DNA from: Octopus vulgaris
Taxonomy: Eukaryota
NCBI GenBank assembly: GCA_951406725.2
Contig: OX597838.1
Location: forward strand, 5,828,001-5,892,000
Length of the DNA stretch: 64,000 nucleotides
Direction: 5' to 3'
Numbering within the stretch: position 1 is the stretch's first letter; every line of letters starts with the position of its first letter. Positions 58,558 to 64,000 of the stretch are shown here, one piece after another. The notes below the pieces were generated by a model. That model did not search any database, was not told where the DNA came from, and saw only the letters and a program-made list of their open reading frames with translations. The position numbers and the translations under genes were made by a program.

Positions 58558-58648
58558 CTTTGGGTTACATATTTCATAGCTCGCGTAAATTCAGAAGTGG
58601 TAAATATTCAAGCGAGGTGTATACCACAGGCTACTCTTCAGGCTAAAG
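58558..58648 (-). ncRNA. degenerate type-I hammerhead ribozyme motif with long stem-II insert
   Basis: Minus strand: ctttagc-CTGAAGA-GTAGC..GCTAT-GAAA-TAT-GTA-acccaaag. Stem I is eroded. Followed by a ~170-nt pyrimidine-rich tail running into (TA)n at ~58388. Confidence 0.55.
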
Positions 58649-59149
58649 TATACTGATTAAATGAAAGTGTACATTGTCGCAAGCATGTACTTGTTTACAC
58701 ATGGAAAATTAAGTCAGAATGCAATTTTGCAATAAACTACAGAATTGATGACTATATTTTGAGGTTTGCATATTCATTATTCCTTAAAAGAAATCGTGCT
58801 GAATGTGGTTCGTCGTTTCGGCCTTCTAAGCTTTCGTCAAGCTGTGCGTCGATGGATAAGTATACGAAAACTTTGAATTTACTTGAAATCGATTCTTGTG
58901 TCTTAGAATGAAGTATTTCAAAGAAATCAGATTTTTTTTAGTTCATTTTTTAGTTCATTTAAATTTATCTTTATTTTATTTTATATGTGTTAAAAGTGTT
59001 TTAATTGATATTTTTGTGTATGATTTTATTATCTTTATAGACTTTTATAAACTTTAATTTTCATGCCTCTTTTATCTCGCTTATCTGCCCACGACAGAAT
59101 TTTTCAATTTACATCCAATAATTTTCTTTACCTCCATCCTTAGAATGGA

Positions 59150-59345
59150 GGAATAGTTTGGATAATCATAAGCAAAGCGCTCAGGTAGCAATGGAGAAGA
59201 TAACTTCTGAAATGCTGCCAAACGTGTTTCGCAACACAAAGGTTAGACTTGGAATTAGCAGAGAGGTAACATTCGAAAATCTCTTTGTATATTTAATTTC
59301 AGTAAATGTTTTAGGTAAATTCATACTTCATTGTGGGACCCTCTG

Positions 59346-59347
<2 letters not shown>
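59150..59347 (+). mobile_element. Tc1/mariner-superfamily right end with transposase C-terminus and TIR
   Basis: NSLDNHKQSAQVAMEKITSEMLPNVFRNTKVRLGISRE..FENL resembles the TLxELKxxI..IxxEMLxNV..RL..C..FExL terminus; ends ttgtgggaccctctg-TA. Confidence 0.6.
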
Positions 59348-59413
<66 letters not shown>

Positions 59414-59450
59414 TGTGTGTATATACATGTGTGTATATATATATATATGC

Positions 59451-59501
<51 letters not shown>

Positions 59502-59673
59502 TGTGTGTGTATGCATTCATATATTAGTCTGTTTGTGGGTATGCATTTATAGACAGGTAGATTGCCCGACGGTTAGATGGGTAAATTGTTATATAATTAT
59601 ATCGATATATTGTATAAGTTTTAGATTTGATTCTGAAAACGGTATAAAAATAACACGTGCTTTGAAAAGACCA

Positions 59674-59705
<32 letters not shown>

Positions 59706-60338
59706 GATTTGGTGGATGTGCGTATGTGTGTGTGTGTGTGTGTGTGTGTACATTGAATTCATATATGTGTGTCACTATGTTCAACGCTAAAATATAACTC
59801 CTCTGCCCAGACAGATGAGAAAAAAAGTAAAAAAAAAAAATTGGCGAGCTGAAAGAAAAGTCTATCATTTTCCACCTCTACATTAGCACCGAAATTAACG
59901 ATAGATGTTGCCTTTGAAGAATGGTCCGTAGGAAAGATCTGCATGATTAGAAACTACATATTTATAACCTTTGACCCGCTGTTTTATCGTTTGTTTGTAA
60001 TTTTAGCTTAGCAGCCAGCAAATGTTCTTCGGCTCATAAAGATGCGTCTCTGACGTGAAGGGGAGTAATTTAGTTATATTGGTATGGATATTTGTTTTAA
60101 ACTCATGAGTGACCACCTGGTGTTAGGATAGTGATTTACACGTCGCAAACGACCCTTGGATCTATGACACATGTTCGTTATTAAGATCTTACTTGGAAAT
60201 TCAGTTGTTATATTTACATTATATTTTTATATTATCAGCGTCATTATACACACAGGTATATATATATATGTCTTTACACATATATATATATTGACACATA
60301 TATAAATTATATATTATTATTAAATAATATTTGTGTGA

Positions 60339-60406
<68 letters not shown>

Positions 60407-60409
60407 AAC

Positions 60410-60535
60410 ATGGAATTTACAAAAATAAAAGACGAAGACAGGTGTACAAACAACAAAGAAGTGTATTGGTTTAACGTTCAGGAAGGTGAGAAAGACTCGC
60501 GTTTCTAGCCTACGCTCTTCAATAGAAAGGAACAC
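60410..60535 (-). mobile_element. PLE-type repeat with decayed hammerhead-like core and tail
   Basis: Homologous to 37255-37380; abuts (TA)n. Confidence 0.55.
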
Positions 60536-60884
60536 ACACACACACACGCATACACAGACACACACACACACACACAAACATATATATATAATATATATGT
60601 ATCTAGACGCTGGAGTGCCGATGTGTTAAGCAGCTTGCTTCCCAAAAAACAAGCGGTGATCCATCACGACTTCACTCAAATGACTAAAACGAGTAAAATG
60701 ATAAAAGAATACAAGAAAGCACACACACACACATATATGATTAACGAGTGAAGAAAGAATATATAGTGTGTGCATTTATTTCGTGCAAAAAGTAGATGAC
60801 CGTCCCGAAATACAACAATATCTCTTTCAACACTCGGTTTCACATCAGGAATCATACAACACAAATACATACATACATATATTT

Positions 60885-61122
60885 AAATATATATATAACT
60901 AATGTAGGATAAAAATTTTTTGGGGAAAAATATTTTATCAATGGCCAGCATATCAAAAAATACCTTTAAATGTTAAATTTATAAATAATTTACAAGATAA
61001 GGGCAAAAGAAAAATTCTAATGCCAAATATGCCGAAAAAAACACAATAATTGTCAATTAACAATTATTGTCTTTTTTTCGGCATATTTGGCATTAGAATT
61101 TTTCTTTTGCCCTTATCTTGTA

Positions 61123-61125
<3 letters not shown>
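60885..61125. mobile_element. hairpin element in (TA)n: 66-bp arms 60988-61053 and 61060-61125 plus a left tail
   Basis: One mismatch, 6-nt loop. Tail motif caatggccagcatatcaaaaaa resembles caatagcctagcatattaaaaaa in the tail of the 12714 element. Confidence 0.85.
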
Positions 61126-61159
<34 letters not shown>

Positions 61160-61163
<4 letters not shown>

Positions 61164-61246
61164 CGTAGGAGTGGCTGAGTGGAAAGTGGCTTGCTTACGA
61201 ACCACTGCGTAATACTGAAAGAAGACTGTCGCATATATATATATAA

Positions 61247-61281
<35 letters not shown>

Positions 61282-61463
61282 CCCGTATGTGTGTCTGTGT
61301 TTGTCCCCCCAACATCGCTTAACAACCGATGCTGGCGTGTCTAAGTCCCGTAACTTAGCGGTTCGGCAAGTGAGACCGATACAATAAGTACTAGGCTTAC
61401 AAAATATAAGTCCTTGATTACTGGCTTTGCTCCAAATGACTGAAACAAGTAAAAGGGTAAAGA

Positions 61464-61466
<3 letters not shown>
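61160..61466 (+). mobile_element. SINE family A, internally deleted
   Basis: Head taggcgtaggagtggctg, 3' half and gaaacaagtaaaag tail. Confidence 0.85.
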
Positions 61467-61531
<65 letters not shown>

Positions 61532-62264
61532 ATGTGTGTGTGTGAGTATAAATTTAGTTATTGAAAACATGTGTTGTAATAAATGTTTCATTATTTTTAG
61601 CCAAAGAATCAAAGGAACCCTAACATTTACTTCAAAATGTATCTGAGAACAAAACTTTTGATCTGAATTAATGCCTTTTATTTATAATCTTGGTTGATCG
61701 AACAACTAACCTCCCAATTTTGGGCCCCACTTGAACATGGGTGATCCGAATAGAACGACGTTTTTTTACGATTTTGAAACGGAATCGACATTTTGAAAGA
61801 GCGACAAACATTAATTTTGAGTATAATTACTAATTCCATCTGATTTAGAACCAGCTATTTCGCTAGTTACAAGATCAGCGGCTGGATGACGCTTATTTTT
61901 CTGTATAGGACGAACTATATCGAACAATTGCCACCTCTTGCAGAAATGTGTCCAATACTGTGGATGAGCAAATACCCTGAAACCAGGCTCGTCTTCTTGG
62001 TCCTGTGGATTCACTAGATGGTAGGGGTTCCTTCCCTGTTCGCAATACATCAGAAACAGAGTGTGGTATTAAGTAGCTGGAGACGTTCTCCTATGGTTAA
62101 AAATGTAGTTTTAACGTCGTCCCGTACATAACAGCCATGTTTAAGAGTCAACAAACATCACTTTCTAGTTTAGTTACTGGTTGTTTCAGTTATAAAAGCT
62201 TTACAACTAGCTGATTTGGTCATATATGTGTGTGTGGGTATGTGTATGTATGTATGTATGTTTG

Positions 62265-62312
<48 letters not shown>

Positions 62313-62479
62313 CATACACACACACACCAACATATATATATATAGGTATATATATAAGGTAAACATTTTCTTTGAGAAATCAATCGTGATGAATTCCTAA
62401 TGGAGTCGACAGCACTAAACAAATATTTCTTTTCCAAACCCTGAGTTACACCATTTTCTAAATCTATCTATCTATTTAC

Positions 62480-62587
<108 letters not shown>

Positions 62588-62615
62588 TTACCTATCTACC
62601 TATCTATCTATTTAC

Positions 62616-62675
<60 letters not shown>

Positions 62676-62710
62676 ATATCTATCTATCTATCTATTTATA
62701 TCTCTGTTAT

Positions 62711-63230
62711 GTGTACGAGTGTGTATTTGTGTATGTGTGTGCGGGTGTGAGTGTGTGTGTCTGTGTAAAAATATAGGCATATGCAGGCGTACATGAATGT
62801 ATACACATATCTAAAAAGATCTGCGCGATTAAACATATGTTGATATAAATATTAGTTAAACGCACTGAAGCCGCTATTTACAAATTTTAATTACATGGAA
62901 ACAAATATCAAAATAAAAATAGACTATTTTCTACGTAGCTCTTTGTGCAAGAGGTCAATATATGTTATGGAGATGAAGAACATTTCAATAGATTTAGAAC
63001 TGTAAGAAAGGTCATGACATCAGATGAGAAAACATTAAATACACCGCCACACAGAACGTTATTAAAGCACCGTTCGATATTAACGAAATAGTATTTCTAC
63101 GGTACAATTAAGATTATATAGAAGTTATTTGAAATAAGAAATATTGGATATTTTAAACAATATCTTCCGATGTAGACTCTGATCTGTCTCCAGTAAGGTC
63201 GTTTTATGTGTGAAAGGATTTCATTTGTTA

Positions 63231-63294
<64 letters not shown>

Positions 63295-63694
63295 CATTCT
63301 CGTATACGCGCAAGCAAACACACATATAGAAAGAACTGATGGGGTAAGCAATTTAGACTCATCTATATATAAAGTATATTAAATACACCAAATACAAAAT
63401 ATGTATATATGTATATAGATATAAATTCGTCCAACTTTAGACATCGAAGTCAAAGTCTCAATCTTTTGAGCATTAGTAAATGTGTGAGTGTGTGTGTCTG
63501 TGTAAAAATATAGGCATATGCAGGCGTACATGAATGTATACACATATCTAAAAAGATCTGCGCGATTAAACATATGTTGATATAAATATTAGTTAAACGC
63601 ACTGAAGCCGCTATTTACAAATTTTAATTACATGGAAACAAATATCAAAATAAAAATAGACTATGTGTACGAGTGTGTATTTGTGTATGTGTGT
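62711..63694 (+). repeat. circularly permuted exact duplication (62711-62927 versus 63482-63694)
   Basis: 62745-62927 = 63482-63664 and 62711-62740 = 63665-63694. Confidence 0.92.
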
Positions 63695-63801
63695 ATAAGC
63701 AAGCCATACATTGAATATCTGGATCTCGTCTGTGAACTATATAAAGCTAAGTGACCACGTTCCGTCAAAAATGACCACTAAATGTAGTATTTTATATATA
63801 A

Positions 63802-63967
63802 ATAGGCGCAGGAGTGGCTGTGTGGTAAGTAGCTTGCTTACCAACCACATGGTTCTGGGTTCAGTCACACTGCGTGGCACCTTGGACAAGTGTCTTCTAC
63901 TATAGCCTTGAGCTGACCAAAGCTTTGTGAGGGAATTTGGTAGACAGAAACAGAAAGAAGCCCGTCG

Positions 63968-64000
<33 letters not shown>
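63802..64000 (+). mobile_element. SINE family A 5' half, runs off the window
   Basis: ataggcgcaggagtggctgtgtggtaagtagcttgc...gggttcagtc...gaagcccgtcgtata. Confidence 0.92.

Noticed and set aside
61811-62050. 79-aa minus-strand ORF as a gene
   Set aside because: In-frame stop just upstream, no known motif, and the opposite strand has transposase-like words.

Overview
AT-rich, microsatellite-saturated eukaryotic DNA. The repeat families look like coleoid cephalopod (octopus-like) sequence; this is recognised from memory, not from a search. No intact host protein-coding gene is recognisable, and nearly all ORFs in the track are read-throughs of (TA)n, (CA)n, (GATA)n or trinucleotide tracts, so the window is probably intergenic or intronic. 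Between the microsatellites lie three tRNA-derived SINE families (called A, B, C here), R4/Dong-type and RTE-type LINE remnants, Tc1/mariner remnants and MITEs. The main hidden signal is a set of minimal type-I hammerhead ribozyme (HHR) motifs on both strands (about 7 recognisable, several more decayed). They come from several sequence families and mostly lie in short non-coding, (TA)n-flanked elements. Four foldback elements share one architecture, inverted arms plus a one-sided tail, which matches Penelope-like element (PLE) pseudo-LTR insertions; two of them carry HHRs. Other observations: a circularly permuted 213-bp duplication suggesting a circular intermediate, tandem or headless SINE-B bodies bounded by a GGTATTTC repeat, and a 31-bp minisatellite with compensatory hairpin changes.
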